Source of the DNA: Candidatus Zhuqueibacterota bacterium | Lineage (GTDB): Bacteria > Zhuqueibacterota > Zhuqueibacteria > Thermofontimicrobiales > Thermofontimicrobiaceae | Direction of reading: 5' to 3' | Length of the DNA stretch: 46,523 nucleotides | NCBI GenBank assembly: GCA_049322915.1 | Contig: JBMOPW010000039.1 | Span: forward strand, 1 to 46,523 | Shown: positions 9,430-19,649 of the stretch, piece by piece | How positions within the stretch are numbered: position 1 is the stretch's first letter | Layout of the letters: every line of letters starts with the position of its first letter | The notes under the pieces: generated by a model | Told to the model about the DNA's origin: nothing | What the model saw: the letters and a program-made list of their open reading frames with translations, nothing else | Databases searched by the model: none | Made by a program: the position numbers and the translations under genes

Positions 9430-12400
9430 TTAACGAACGACGACCATTTTATGGGTCATGTGAAATCCATTGGCCGAGATATGGTAAAAATAAACGCCGC
9501 TGACCACATTCATCCCCTGATCGTCCACGCCATCCCAACTGACCGTGTAATACCCGGCTTCCCGGCGTTCATCGACCAGCGTCCTCAATTTTCGGCCCAG
9601 CACATTGTAGACTTCGATCAATACGTACTGACTGGTGGGAATCTGGAATTTGAATGATGTCGTGTGATTGAATGGATTGGGATAGTTCTGGGACAGCGAA
9701 TAATTCGCCGGCGTCGGCGCTGTGACGGAAATGGGGTCATGAAATTTCGTGTGGCCGGTCAGCGTGATTTCTTCCAATTTATAATAATAGACTTTTCCGG
9801 CCATCGGCGTCGCGTCTTGAAATGAATATTCCCCGGCGCCTGTAATCAGATTCTCATTGATGCGGTTGAAATTCTCGTCCGGAAATTCGCTGCGAAACAC
9901 GTTGAAGCCGGCGCAATTCGCTTCGTACTGCGTGGCCCAGAGAAGTGTGATGGACCCATTTTCATTCTTCCCGGCGGAGAAATTCTCTAGGGTGACAAAT
10001 AGCGGGAGATAATAAACCGGCTGCGGCGACCTGACGAATCGGGACAGGGTCGTCGGGCCGAACATGAGCCGCACCCGCCAATAGATCGGCTGGTCGACTG
10101 GCAGTTGTGAGAAGGCCGACACTTCGTTCAAGGCAATAATGGGGCTGGCGCAGGTATCGCTGGAAATGACTCGGGCGAACGTGCTGTCCTGGCTCAATTG
10201 AAAGACGAAATACTCCGGGACGCCAAAGTCCATGTCAGCCAGTGTGGAATCGTTCTCCCAGAGAAATGTGTTGGCTTCAGTAATCTTATTCCCTTTGATC
10301 GGGAAAATGAGACGCGGCGCCGGGACGAATCGGGTCGCATGAGACTCGATGCGCCAGACGTGACGAACGACGGTGTCGGCGTTGGCGACGACTGCGGCCA
10401 CTGTGTCGCAGCCGGCCATGGAATCCGATGGCGAATAATGGAATAGCGTATCGCTGGCAAGACTGTCCCATTTCTGGTTGACGTACCATCGGATCGACAG
10501 GTTGTCCAGCTCCCCGGTCAGGATGGTCACGGCCAGTTTCACGCTATCGTTGCCGGCGCAGGCGAGGCTGCTATCTGCCGGCGAAAAACGAACCGAAATC
10601 GGCGTCGCCGGTCGCTGCCGGGGCGCGGTCAAAACGAACCATTGATGGCTGACGAGCGAATCTTCCCAATTAAAACAGACCCGAACTGTGTCCCTGTCAT
10701 GGACTCTGTGGTCCGGGTGCAGGATGAAGCTGGAATCCGTCGCCGAAGAGTCCAACTGCTGGTTGACATACCACTGAAAATTTCCAGCTTGCCGGCAACT
10801 GCTGACGCTGAAGCGGATCGAATCGGACGCCATGTCTATCGAATCCTGCGCCGGGTACCAGGCCAGGCAAGGAGCTGTCGGTTCAATGACCGTCGGGGAC
10901 TTCGCTGTGATGATCCATTCGTGGGACAACAGGGAATCCAGCCCGGCGATTTCGACCCGAACGGTATCGCTGTTGCGCGACGTATCGGCCGTGACGTACC
11001 AGTAGTAGGAATCGCGCGCAGTCGTGTCCGGCAGCCCGTTGACGAACCATTGGAAAGTCACAGAGTCGACCGCGGTTGAGTGAATTCCCGCTTTGAAATG
11101 AATCGAATCCGGTTTCGTGAGCGCGGAATCCGCATGCGGGAAAAAGGAGACCGAGGGCCAGGGGTCGGCTGGCGGAGTGAGATAATGCACGACCCACAGA
11201 AAATGTATTGTCGTATCCGCGTCAGAAATGCCGACGTCAATGGTGTCTCCGAAAGCGTTCGCGCCAGTCGCTGGCAGGGCGAAAATCGAATCCTCGGCTG
11301 CGGCGATGAGTTGCCGATTGAACCGCCAGGAAAAGCGGAGTGAGTCTGAATCCGGGTCACGGGCTGAAATGTGGAAACGGAGTGTATCGCCCGGGGCGAC
11401 GAGCGAGTCGGTCAGCGCCGATGCGACGAGAATCTCCGGGGCGCGATTTCGATGGAGCACCGCGATTCGCCAGTCGTGGACGCAGACAGAGTCGCCCATC
11501 TCGAAGCGCAGTGAAATGGTGTCCGTGCTGCCCGGAAAAGCCTGAGGCCAGTACGTGAACGGGGAAGAAATCGAGCTGCTATCTCGCACGCCGTTGACAG
11601 CCCATTCCAGAGTATCGGCGTCCGTCAATGCCCGCGGAAAGCTGACGGAGAACGTCACGCTGTCGCCGGCAGATACAGTGGTGTCGCTCGTCGGGAAAAA
11701 GGCGGGCAGCGGAAGGTGCTTCGCCGGAGCGAACCGGATTATCCAGGCGAACGATTGGGAAGTATCGCCCAGAGAGATGGTCGCTGCGATGTGCGTCGCG
11801 CCGATGGAATCCCACGGAGCGCGGACGTTTAGCCTGTTGCTGGTCTGGGAAGAATCGAGGCGCCCGTCGATGGCCCACTGATACATCAGTATCGCGGAAA
11901 ATGGTTCGATGCGCAGCAAAACGGAATCGCCGCAAGTGAGGGTCGTATCTGCGCACGGCGAATAGGTGAACGGAACAGCACGATTCGCAGTTGGATGGAC
12001 GAGAATCCAGTCATGAACAATCGCTGTATCCAGTCGAGTGAAGGTAATTTTCAACCGCAGTCTTGTCAGGGAATCGCTTCCTGTCGCCGGAGGAATGAAA
12101 AGAAACGCGCTGTCCCGGACGTCGATGCCAAGTCCATTCATTTCCCAGAAATAAGAAAAGTCGCTCTGGAGCGAATTCAGAATGCTGCATGAAAACAGGA
12201 GGGAATCGGCGTTCATCGCAACGGTGTCCTGCTGCGGGTGAAACAGGAAATAGGGGACAGGAGGCACAGTCACGGGGATGGATTCTGAACGGGCAATTTC
12301 AGCGCCGCTGCCGTCAATGCCGGTGACGGAATAATCATAGTCCGCGCCGGGCCGGGCCGTCGCATCGATGAAAAGGCTGTCGCCGGCCGGCGACTCGGCC

Positions 12401-14214
12401 AGTATTTGAAAAATCGTTTCGTGACCGGCCTTTCGAAATATCCGGTACCGTAGAGCGCGTCGAACCGGCGACCAGTTCAATTGCACTGGCATTGTGGATC
12501 GACAGGTCAATTGTATCGGCAGTTCGTCAGGCTGTATCGAAATTTCTTTGGTGAATTGATAATGATCCGCGGCCTCGGCAATCAATTTCAATCGAATCGG
12601 GTGTTCTGGCCCGGCGGCCTGGCTGGTGAGAATTAAAAATGGCTGCGATTGGTTATTGAATTCCTGATTGAAATCCAGTCTCGCGACGTGAATTTCGGGA
12701 TTCACCACTGTTACGCCGGGATTGCCTGGCAGGAGCGTGATTTTCACGACCTCTGCGGCAGACGAAAGATTCTTCATAAAGATGGTCAACGCATATTTTT
12801 CCGCCGGGCCCGGCAATTGGGCATTGACATCTTTCTCGCAATCTGTCCGTTGCACGATAAAATTTGGCCGATAGGCAAAGTCAGAGGCGCGTTTAAAATT
12901 GATACGGCCAGCGCCCAGTTCGCCTTCGTGGTCCGGATTCTTTTCATAGATATTTTCACAACTCCATAAAATTCGGTGCATGAGACTATCGCCAGCGCCA
13001 ATGGCATCGCAGCACAGAAGCCGGGCGGCGAGAGCAGCGACATACGCGGCGGCGATCGATGTTCCTGCCGGGTGTTTATCGCTTTGCCGGTCAGCCGCTG
13101 AAAACGCCGGGATGAAGCCCGGGGCTGCCACATCAACCCATTGTCCGAAGGAGGCATTGGGCAGCAAACGATCGGCTTCATCGACCGCCGTGACTGCCCA
13201 GACGCTGTCGAACGCGGCCGGATAATACGGCCGATTCGAGTTTCGGTCGCCGGCAGCGCACATAATGTTGCAGCCTTTTGAGCGTGCATGCGCAATAGCC
13301 GAATGAAGCGTTTTACTGAGATGCTCGCCGAACCAGGGAAGGACTAAAATGTCGACGCCTTTTTCAGCCGCGTAGAAAATCGCCCGCGATGCATCGAAGG
13401 CAGAAAAGCGAATATCGCCGCGCTTCGTGAAATAGCCTGCTGGCAGAACCATGAGCCGGTAATTCAACGAATAGGCGCTCTGCGCCGGCGAGGTTGCCCG
13501 TACTATTGTCTCAACCACGCCGGATTGGCGCCGGATTGCCGTCCCTGCGCGGTAATCAGCGGTGTCCGCTGTGACAAAATTCCAGCCGTGGATATCATCC
13601 GGGTAGCCATTAAAATCATTGTCTTTGCCATCCTGTTTTTCCCTGGTGTTGGTCCAGAGTTTACCAGTCAGATCCGGGTTTTTCCAGTCGACCTCTGCAT
13701 CCACGATGCCGATGACAATTGTCCGCGACTGCTTTGCGGGCATTCTGGCATCGATCAGATCGCACTGGTCCGGCGGCGAAGCATTTTTCGATTTTGTTGT
13801 GTCAGAGGTGTAGAAATAATTGGGCTCGACCCATGCCACAATATCGAGCGCGCGATAGGCTTTTTGTAATTCCGGAATATTGGCTGTGGTGTCGAAGGAA
13901 AATAAGAATATGTTTCGAATGGCAGTCGGAATTTTTTTCATGGAATTTGCCGTCGGATCCAGCAACGGCGCGATGGACGTCGCACCGAAAATTGAATTCA
14001 GCGAGTCCAGCCTGGCTAGCCCGGATGGCTGAGAAACATCGGCGGGAAGCGGTTTTTTGAATTGAATGATCAGCTCGTGATTGGGATAAGGATGGGGTTT
14101 CGCGCGCGCTACGGCCCTTTGCGAAGTAGCATAAAGCGGTGCCCAAATCGAATTAATGAGAATTAATCCGACGATGACCCACCTTCCCCGTGTCAGTACC
14201 TGAATTTGCTTCAT
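9430..14214 (-). CDS. Large secreted S8 (subtilisin)-like protein, probably catalytically degenerate, with FN3-like domain, 7 tandem Ig-like repeats and FlgD-Ig/T9SS-like C-terminal domain
   Basis: Propeptide ending VEPNY, DNDFNGYPDDIHGWNF, YYPAA, FGQWVDVAAPG, GTSIAAAYVA, LGAGRIN, and C-terminal QNYPNPFN. The ORF is open from 14250, but the likelier start is MKQIQ at 14214. Confidence 0.82.
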   Translation of the reverse strand: MKQIQVLTRGRWVIVGLILINSIWAPLYATSQRAVARAKPHPYPNHELIIQFKKPLPADVSQPSGLARLDSLNSIFGATSIAPLLDPTANSMKKIPTAIRNIFLFSFDTTANIPELQKAYRALDIVAWVEPNYFYTSDTTKSKNASPPDQCDLIDARMPAKQSRTIVIGIVDAEVDWKNPDLTGKLWTNTREKQDGKDNDFNGYPDDIHGWNFVTADTADYRAGTAIRRQSGVVETIVRATSPAQSAYSLNYRLMVLPAGYFTKRGDIRFSAFDASRAIFYAAEKGVDILVLPWFGEHLSKTLHSAIAHARSKGCNIMCAAGDRNSNRPYYPAAFDSVWAVTAVDEADRLLPNASFGQWVDVAAPGFIPAFSAADRQSDKHPAGTSIAAAYVAALAARLLCCDAIGAGDSLMHRILWSCENIYEKNPDHEGELGAGRINFKRASDFAYRPNFIVQRTDCEKDVNAQLPGPAEKYALTIFMKNLSSAAEVVKITLLPGNPGVTVVNPEIHVARLDFNQEFNNQSQPFLILTSQAAGPEHPIRLKLIAEAADHYQFTKEISIQPDELPIQLTCRSTMPVQLNWSPVRRALRYRIFRKAGHETIFQILAESPAGDSLFIDATARPGADYDYSVTGIDGSGAEIARSESIPVTVPPVPYFLFHPQQDTVAMNADSLLFSCSILNSLQSDFSYFWEMNGLGIDVRDSAFLFIPPATGSDSLTRLRLKITFTRLDTAIVHDWILVHPTANRAVPFTYSPCADTTLTCGDSVLLRIEPFSAILMYQWAIDGRLDSSQTSNRLNVRAPWDSIGATHIAATISLGDTSQSFAWIIRFAPAKHLPLPAFFPTSDTTVSAGDSVTFSVSFPRALTDADTLEWAVNGVRDSSSISSPFTYWPQAFPGSTDTISLRFEMGDSVCVHDWRIAVLHRNRAPEILVASALTDSLVAPGDTLRFHISARDPDSDSLRFSWRFNRQLIAAAEDSIFALPATGANAFGDTIDVGISDADTTIHFLWVVHYLTPPADPWPSVSFFPHADSALTKPDSIHFKAGIHSTAVDSVTFQWFVNGLPDTTARDSYYWYVTADTSRNSDTVRVEIAGLDSLLSHEWIITAKSPTVIEPTAPCLAWYPAQDSIDMASDSIRFSVSSCRQAGNFQWYVNQQLDSSATDSSFILHPDHRVHDRDTVRVCFNWEDSLVSHQWFVLTAPRQRPATPISVRFSPADSSLACAGNDSVKLAVTILTGELDNLSIRWYVNQKWDSLASDTLFHYSPSDSMAGCDTVAAVVANADTVVRHVWRIESHATRFVPAPRLIFPIKGNKITEANTFLWENDSTLADMDFGVPEYFVFQLSQDSTFARVISSDTCASPIIALNEVSAFSQLPVDQPIYWRVRLMFGPTTLSRFVRSPQPVYYLPLFVTLENFSAGKNENGSITLLWATQYEANCAGFNVFRSEFPDENFNRINENLITGAGEYSFQDATPMAGKVYYYKLEEITLTGHTKFHDPISVTAPTPANYSLSQNYPNPFNHTTSFKFQIPTSQYVLIEVYNVLGRKLRTLVDERREAGYYTVSWDGVDDQGMNVVSGVYFYHISANGFHMTHKMVVVR

Positions 14215-14669
14215 CGCATGAATCCTGGCTGGAAATTCAAAGGAAATCAAATCGATTCAGTGCCGTGATATGGAGATATGCAGGGAGGCATGCGGAGGGA
14301 CGTTTTTTGGAACACAATGCAGCCCGCGTCGATCGAGGCGCTTTCAGGCAAAGATCGCCATCGCATCGGGACAGGCCGACTGAGTAAATCAGCTCATTTG
14401 AATCGTGATGTTCAATTCGATGATCGGGACTTCGCTTCAATGAAACATATCCCGGCGAGCGCATTGCTTGATCTGTGTCGAAGCGTGAAATTGAAAAATA
14501 TGGCGCCGGTTCATTTTGTCCAATTCATCAAATTGAATTTTTCTTGTATCAAAATTTCCCTGAAGATACCTCCATAAGAGTGCTTAAATTGTCCGGCGTG
14601 ATGGGCTTTCAATGAATCAATCATCTGAATGCCGTGATAGTCGTCTAAGTCCCATTCAAACCTTGACGT

Positions 14670-14698
14670 AAAATATATAAAAGAAAAGAGAATGTCAA
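14670..14698 (-). promoter_or_regulatory. Possible sigma70 promoter for the S8-like gene
   Basis: Minus strand TTGACA-17 nt-TATTTT. Confidence 0.45.
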
Positions 14699-14940
14699 GA
14701 CAATTTTTTGAGTTCGGGGCCATTGGATTTCCATTCGGCCTGCGCGCTGAAATCGGGAGGATTGCTGTCAGCAGGAATTGAGTTTGGTTCGACATGAATT
14801 AAGCGATTAGCTGTCAGTCATCAGTTCTAAAAAAATTAATCCGGTAAGCCTGGTACACTTTTTCATCCTTCAGGTGATTTCAGCGCTTGTCAATAGCACA
14901 GCGTTATTTCTTTAGCTGAGCGCTTATTTTTCGTTGGAAT

Positions 14941-14972
14941 AAAAAAAGCCCGGCAACAACGCCCGGGCCTTT
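14941..14972 (-). terminator. Intrinsic terminator after the beta-barrel gene
   Basis: Minus strand GGCCCGG(G)C-GTTGTT-GCCGGGCT followed by a T run. Confidence 0.8.
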
Positions 14973-15007
14973 ATCCACAGCAACAAGGAGTACAGGAGAA
15001 CGCTTCG

Positions 15008-16276
15008 TCAAAACCAAAATCCAATGCCCAGGGCCAGGTTCAATCCATGCTGGTTGCTCAGAAAGAACCCGCCGTTGTTGCTCACTCCGAAGTCCAGGGC
15101 GAATGCGCCGAGTTTCAGTCCAAACCCACATGCGCTGATGAAGCCTTCTTTACCGCCCACTGCAAAACCGGTTCGCAACGGCAGCCACGAGAGGGGCGTG
15201 TACAGCAACCCCAGGGCCATCTGCGGCACGAGCGAAGTCCCTGGCCGGTTATTCAAGCCCTGAATATAATCTGCTGCGACAGCGAGGTTTTTATAGTGGT
15301 AGACAACTCCCAATCGCATTTCAGCGGGCAGGGTCGATGATGTGGTGCTTTTTAGCGATTCAGCTTCGACTGTCTTGAAAATGGAATCAGTGTCTGTGTC
15401 TTCCACAATTTCGAGCGTCACCGGATCCATGTTGAATGAGTAGAAGTTCTCGGTCGCATCCTGGTGCCATTGAATATTGCTGATGATGTTTTTGAACGCC
15501 AGACTCGCTGTCCATGTGTGATTGATTTCCGAAGCCACACCAATGTCAAAGCCAATACCTTTGCCGCTGCCGGCATATTCTGTTGTAATCAGGCCATTCG
15601 CTTCCATGCCATCGATGGTTGTCGTCATGTACCCTTTGGCGTCCTTCACATTCATGAAACCGAACCCCTGCAAATACTTGATGGTTGCGCCCACGGCGAA
15701 TTTTTTCACGCGGGAAATATGCAGGGGCAGAGCGCCGCTCAAATTATAACTGAGCACTGCGAATCCCTGTCCGTCTGAGTTGCCGAACGTGTACATTTTG
15801 TCCATCTCATTTCCGCGGAAAAGAATTTCGACAAAATTTTTATCGAGTTGCAGATCGGTGCAAAATAGCCCCTCGATGGAAAATGCCATATGCCCGGACG
15901 CGAAGCTCAGCACCTGCGATTCCGTGTTGATGCCCAGTCTCAATCCATCCGCGGGAATGCTATGGAGGATATCGTCGATGTCACCCGGTGTGAGCTGAGC
16001 GCCGTTGTACAGATCATACTGACTTTTGCTGAAGCTGTTATTCAGCACGCCAACCCCCATGTGAAATACGTTGACAGAGTAGCGATTCTTTTTAGTCAAT
16101 ACCAGATTTGCCGGATTCCAGAGAGGAGATTCAAATCCCCGCGCCATGCCAATATAGGCGCCAGCCATGCCAACGCTGCGCGGATTGGACAGGTGGGAGA
16201 TGGCCATGAGGCCGGAGCCGCATGGTACGAGCGTGAAAACAACCACTATAATAATGAAAGCTATTCTATTTTTCAT
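15008..16276 (-). CDS. Outer-membrane beta-barrel protein (DUF5723 / PorV-FadL-TraF-like)
   Basis: Signal peptide, RSVGMAGAY...WNPANL N-terminal motif, amphipathic strands (GIGFDIG, LPLRTG), and C-terminal aromatic residue (GIGFWF). Confidence 0.75.
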   Translation of the reverse strand: MKNRIAFIIIVVVFTLVPCGSGLMAISHLSNPRSVGMAGAYIGMARGFESPLWNPANLVLTKKNRYSVNVFHMGVGVLNNSFSKSQYDLYNGAQLTPGDIDDILHSIPADGLRLGINTESQVLSFASGHMAFSIEGLFCTDLQLDKNFVEILFRGNEMDKMYTFGNSDGQGFAVLSYNLSGALPLHISRVKKFAVGATIKYLQGFGFMNVKDAKGYMTTTIDGMEANGLITTEYAGSGKGIGFDIGVASEINHTWTASLAFKNIISNIQWHQDATENFYSFNMDPVTLEIVEDTDTDSIFKTVEAESLKSTTSSTLPAEMRLGVVYHYKNLAVAADYIQGLNNRPGTSLVPQMALGLLYTPLSWLPLRTGFAVGGKEGFISACGFGLKLGAFALDFGVSNNGGFFLSNQHGLNLALGIGFWF

Positions 16277-16306
16277 GTGTCGATTTCCTGAATTTGGATG
16301 TCAATA

Positions 16307-18343
16307 CTACTTCGTATCTTCTCCGCCGACGTTGATTTTGAGGACGGAATACAACTGTATGGTGATGTAATCCGAGGTCATGACGTGAACAGCAGTGCCA
16401 TCCGACCCGGGGAAAATTGCTTCAATGCCCGTGAAAACCCTGTCGTTCTCAAATATCTGCAAATCTTCTTTTGTCAGGCTCAGCGTCAATTCATTCAGCG
16501 AAGCATTTGATGTGTAGCCGGCCGCATCCACTGGCGCTGGTTTAATATCCAGCGGTCCAATGATCAGCTCCGGTTTGGAATAGACTGTGGAATCCTGCGT
16601 ACTCAGTTTCGCTACAATGATAGCGCCGAAGGGCATTTTATTGGTGATTCGCGCGACCACCTGGCCGGACATCAGTCGGTCGTGAATGGTTTCCTGGCTA
16701 TCTTCTTCAATATCCAGCGTATCGATATCGGACGTAGCTGTCTGAGTGGGAAAGGATAACGACAGCGGCGCCGTGATATTGATGCTGCCCTCGATGTAAT
16801 CGGACTGCTCCACAGAGCCGGGACTGCTGTTGTCTCCCAATTGTACCGAACCGGATACCAGAATTTGCTTTGGCAATGCGTTCATGAACTCGATGACGTT
16901 ACTGTTGCTTTTGTCAAGGACGATCGTGGTGGTTCGGCTGCCTCCTTCAGGCGCTGGCAGAATACTCTCCTGCACCTGCAAATTGACCGTTCGGCCGGCG
17001 TCGTTTATTCCCTGAATGGTAATATCGCTGTGCGCCGGAAAGTTGATCGTGTTGTCAATTTCCAGGCGGATAATGGCGTTGACCAATTTCACGCTATCCA
17101 GTTCATCTGAAAAATTCAGGTCTTCTGAAAAAGGCTCGAACTCGATGGTAATGTCGTTCAATATGCCGGTGATCTCCGAGAAAAGAATGTCGCTGCTCGA
17201 AAGTTGGGCCAGAAACTGGTCGGAGTTACGAACATGCACTAAGGTGTTTGAAGATTCGGTGACAAAGGTCCATTCAACCCTGATTTTCTGTTCCCCAACC
17301 TCCGCGCGTTCTGGCCGGAGGACAAGTCCCTGCAACGGGATGGAGAATTGAGAATGGCTTTCGTCTGAAAGGTACAGAGAATCGGTGTATGGCTGGCCAT
17401 TCCTGTAGAAGTCGGATAATTGATAGATAAGTTTCCCGGGGATAGACAGCAAGTTATCGATTGCGAAATTCAATTGACCGGATTGAATGATGGCCGTCTC
17501 AATGCTGACGGAGTCATCGATTGCAATGGTCTCCTGGCTGGTGGTGCGAATTGAAGGGATTTTTGCCACGGCTTCCCTCACGGCGAACGTGGAAAAGCTC
17601 GCCGTTATTTCGATGGAACTGTAGGCGTCAATCATGACGGATGCGCCTTTGCTGCCCGACGATGAGCCAGCCAATAGCAACTTGAGCTGATTTGAAAAAC
17701 GCTTCCCGCTGACATCAACGGTCGTGTTGGCGACTTCGCCGGGTGCGATTTCCCGATAAAAAGAAGTTTCGCCGATGAGTGTATCGGATGGGACGTCGAT
17801 CAGCCTGAGGACGAAATCGGAACCCAACCACACTGGGAGACCATTGGTGAGGTTGAGGAACACCGTTCCTGAATCGATCACTATCCACGAAAATTCCTCG
17901 AATGTTGGAAAAGTCGATGTCACATCGGGAATTAAAAACTCCGGAATAACAGCCGTGACTCCGTGCATGGCTTCGGCGTCGCTGAAGATTGTTGTAAAGG
18001 GATAGGATAGGGTTGATGATTCCAGCGCTTCGATTTGAAATGAACCTACATTGGCCTCGAAGTTTTCATCGAAACCATCGATATGCAATTTATCACCCAC
18101 AGTGTAACGCTCGATATCCCGCGAGAAATCAAAATACACTTGCCCGGTTGAATCGGACATCAGGTGTTTCTCGTCACTGACGATTTCATCCATGTGAAAC
18201 GTCTTATTGATGAGAGGCAGTGTAATATTCGTCTCCCACGAGGGCGCGGCAGGTGGATCAAATGAACAGGATAGCAGAAGGAGAAGGGAAAATAGCGCAA
18301 TGTTCATTCGTCGGAGTGTGGCTTTATCTAATAAATAACTCAT
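16307..18343 (-). CDS. Hypothetical acidic, beta-rich lipoprotein
   Basis: Lipobox-like LLLLLSC and RBS GAGGTG. Lies 30 bp upstream of the beta-barrel gene on the same strand. Confidence 0.75.
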   Translation of the reverse strand: MSYLLDKATLRRMNIALFSLLLLLSCSFDPPAAPSWETNITLPLINKTFHMDEIVSDEKHLMSDSTGQVYFDFSRDIERYTVGDKLHIDGFDENFEANVGSFQIEALESSTLSYPFTTIFSDAEAMHGVTAVIPEFLIPDVTSTFPTFEEFSWIVIDSGTVFLNLTNGLPVWLGSDFVLRLIDVPSDTLIGETSFYREIAPGEVANTTVDVSGKRFSNQLKLLLAGSSSGSKGASVMIDAYSSIEITASFSTFAVREAVAKIPSIRTTSQETIAIDDSVSIETAIIQSGQLNFAIDNLLSIPGKLIYQLSDFYRNGQPYTDSLYLSDESHSQFSIPLQGLVLRPERAEVGEQKIRVEWTFVTESSNTLVHVRNSDQFLAQLSSSDILFSEITGILNDITIEFEPFSEDLNFSDELDSVKLVNAIIRLEIDNTINFPAHSDITIQGINDAGRTVNLQVQESILPAPEGGSRTTTIVLDKSNSNVIEFMNALPKQILVSGSVQLGDNSSPGSVEQSDYIEGSINITAPLSLSFPTQTATSDIDTLDIEEDSQETIHDRLMSGQVVARITNKMPFGAIIVAKLSTQDSTVYSKPELIIGPLDIKPAPVDAAGYTSNASLNELTLSLTKEDLQIFENDRVFTGIEAIFPGSDGTAVHVMTSDYITIQLYSVLKINVGGEDTK

Positions 18344-18667
18344 TGATTCACCTCATGACTTATTAATTTTTTCCAGGGGGGTGGAATTCTATACTAATGT
18401 TTTTATCGACGTTTTAGTAAACAATCTTTAATATTTGGGAGAAGCAAACTCGTCGTTATCGAATCAGGGCGATATGACATTGATGAATAATGTTAAGAAT
18501 TATATATTTTTTTTTGAAAAATGCCATGAGTTTTTTCTATTTTCTTTTATCCAGGGAAGGCAAGACCGGTTCATCCTGATGAACGGATTAAGAAATTATG
18601 CTTTGAAGTACAGGCGAAGTCGATTTGATGTGCCTCCCTCAGCGGTACTTTTCGTCCGGAAATTAGA

Positions 18668-18696
18668 TTGACAGAATTGTTTAACCCATTTAAAAT
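18668..18696 (+). promoter_or_regulatory. sigma70 promoter P1 of rpsT
   Basis: TTGACA-17 nt-TAAAAT. Confidence 0.65.
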
Positions 18697-18737
18697 ATAG
18701 CATGTTATTCCGCTTTGTTTTTTGTCAAAAATTTATA

Positions 18738-18766
18738 TTGACATTTGATTTTTTTTTTAGTATATT
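18738..18766 (+). promoter_or_regulatory. sigma70 promoter P2 of rpsT
   Basis: TTGACA-17 nt-TATATT, 46 nt upstream of the start codon. Confidence 0.75.
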
Positions 18767-18812
18767 TGGCCAAGTTTGAGAATATATTACGATTAAATAT
18801 GGAAAGGAAGTT

Positions 18813-19067
18813 ATGGCGCATCATAAATCGGCGATTAAACGAATTGAAACGAACTTGAAACAGAATCGAAGAAATGTAAGCTACAAATCATTGCTGAAAA
18901 CCTCGATAAAAAAAGTGCTGAATATTTCTGATAAAGAAACGATTCAAGTTGAGTTGAAAAAAACGAATTCATTGCTGGATAAATTAGCAGCGAAGCGTAT
19001 CATTCACAAGAACAAAGCAGCCAATCAAAAATCGCGATTGGCCAAACACGCGAATTCGCTGAATTAA
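18813..19067 (+). CDS. rpsT: 30S ribosomal protein S20
   Basis: MAHHKSAIKRI...LDKLAAKRIIHKNKAANQKSRL, 84 aa and basic. RBS AAGGA. Confidence 0.97.
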   Translation: MAHHKSAIKRIETNLKQNRRNVSYKSLLKTSIKKVLNISDKETIQVELKKTNSLLDKLAAKRIIHKNKAANQKSRLAKHANSLN

Positions 19068-19089
19068 AACGTATTTGTTAACCAGACTT

Positions 19090-19165
19090 GAGACCGAAGT
19101 AGCTCATTGGATCCGGTAACTCCCCCTAATCCCGGTTCAATTGTGAGACTTCGGTCTCTTTTTTT
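19090..19165 (+). terminator. rpsT terminator with an unusually extended hairpin
   Basis: 11-bp basal stem GAGACCGAAGT/ACTTCGGTCTC followed by T7. Inner pairs CTCA/TGAG, TTGGA/TTCAA and CCGG/CCGG. Confidence 0.75.
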
Positions 19166-19649
19166 CCCTCCCATCGACCTCATTGTTGCAGTCCGGGCTA
19201 AATTCAAATTTGAAATGGTAGACCCATCCCAATTACATGTCATGCATGTGGTTCAACGCTGTGTCAGTCTTGTTATTTAATCTGACCTGGCCGATGACCC
19301 GACGTGGTAGTTTTTGTCTTTATAACCTATCGATTTTAAAGCAGTGGCATCTACGTTTTCCTGCGGTTGTATTTCCCTGAGCAAACCTTATCCTGAAACA
19401 AATTTCGATTTTGTCAATGCCATGCCATTTAATGGCTACCAAAATCGGAAAAAATAATTGCTGCAGACGACGGTTCGCCTGCCAACAGGGCGAATACTCA
19501 CTGTTCGCGTTCAGGTATCAGCAATCTGGTTAAGGTCTTTCGCCGGAAAGACGATATAATTTTGAAATAATAGTGCCAAAGCGCGTTTCAACATTGATAT
19601 GATTATCTCCTTTGCAAAGGGAATGCCACATAAGGTGAGGAGAAAAGGT

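Noticed and set aside
19562..19578. sigma54-like TGGCAC sites on the minus strand here and near 28972-28987
   Set aside because: Both read TTTCA instead of TTGC at the -12 element.
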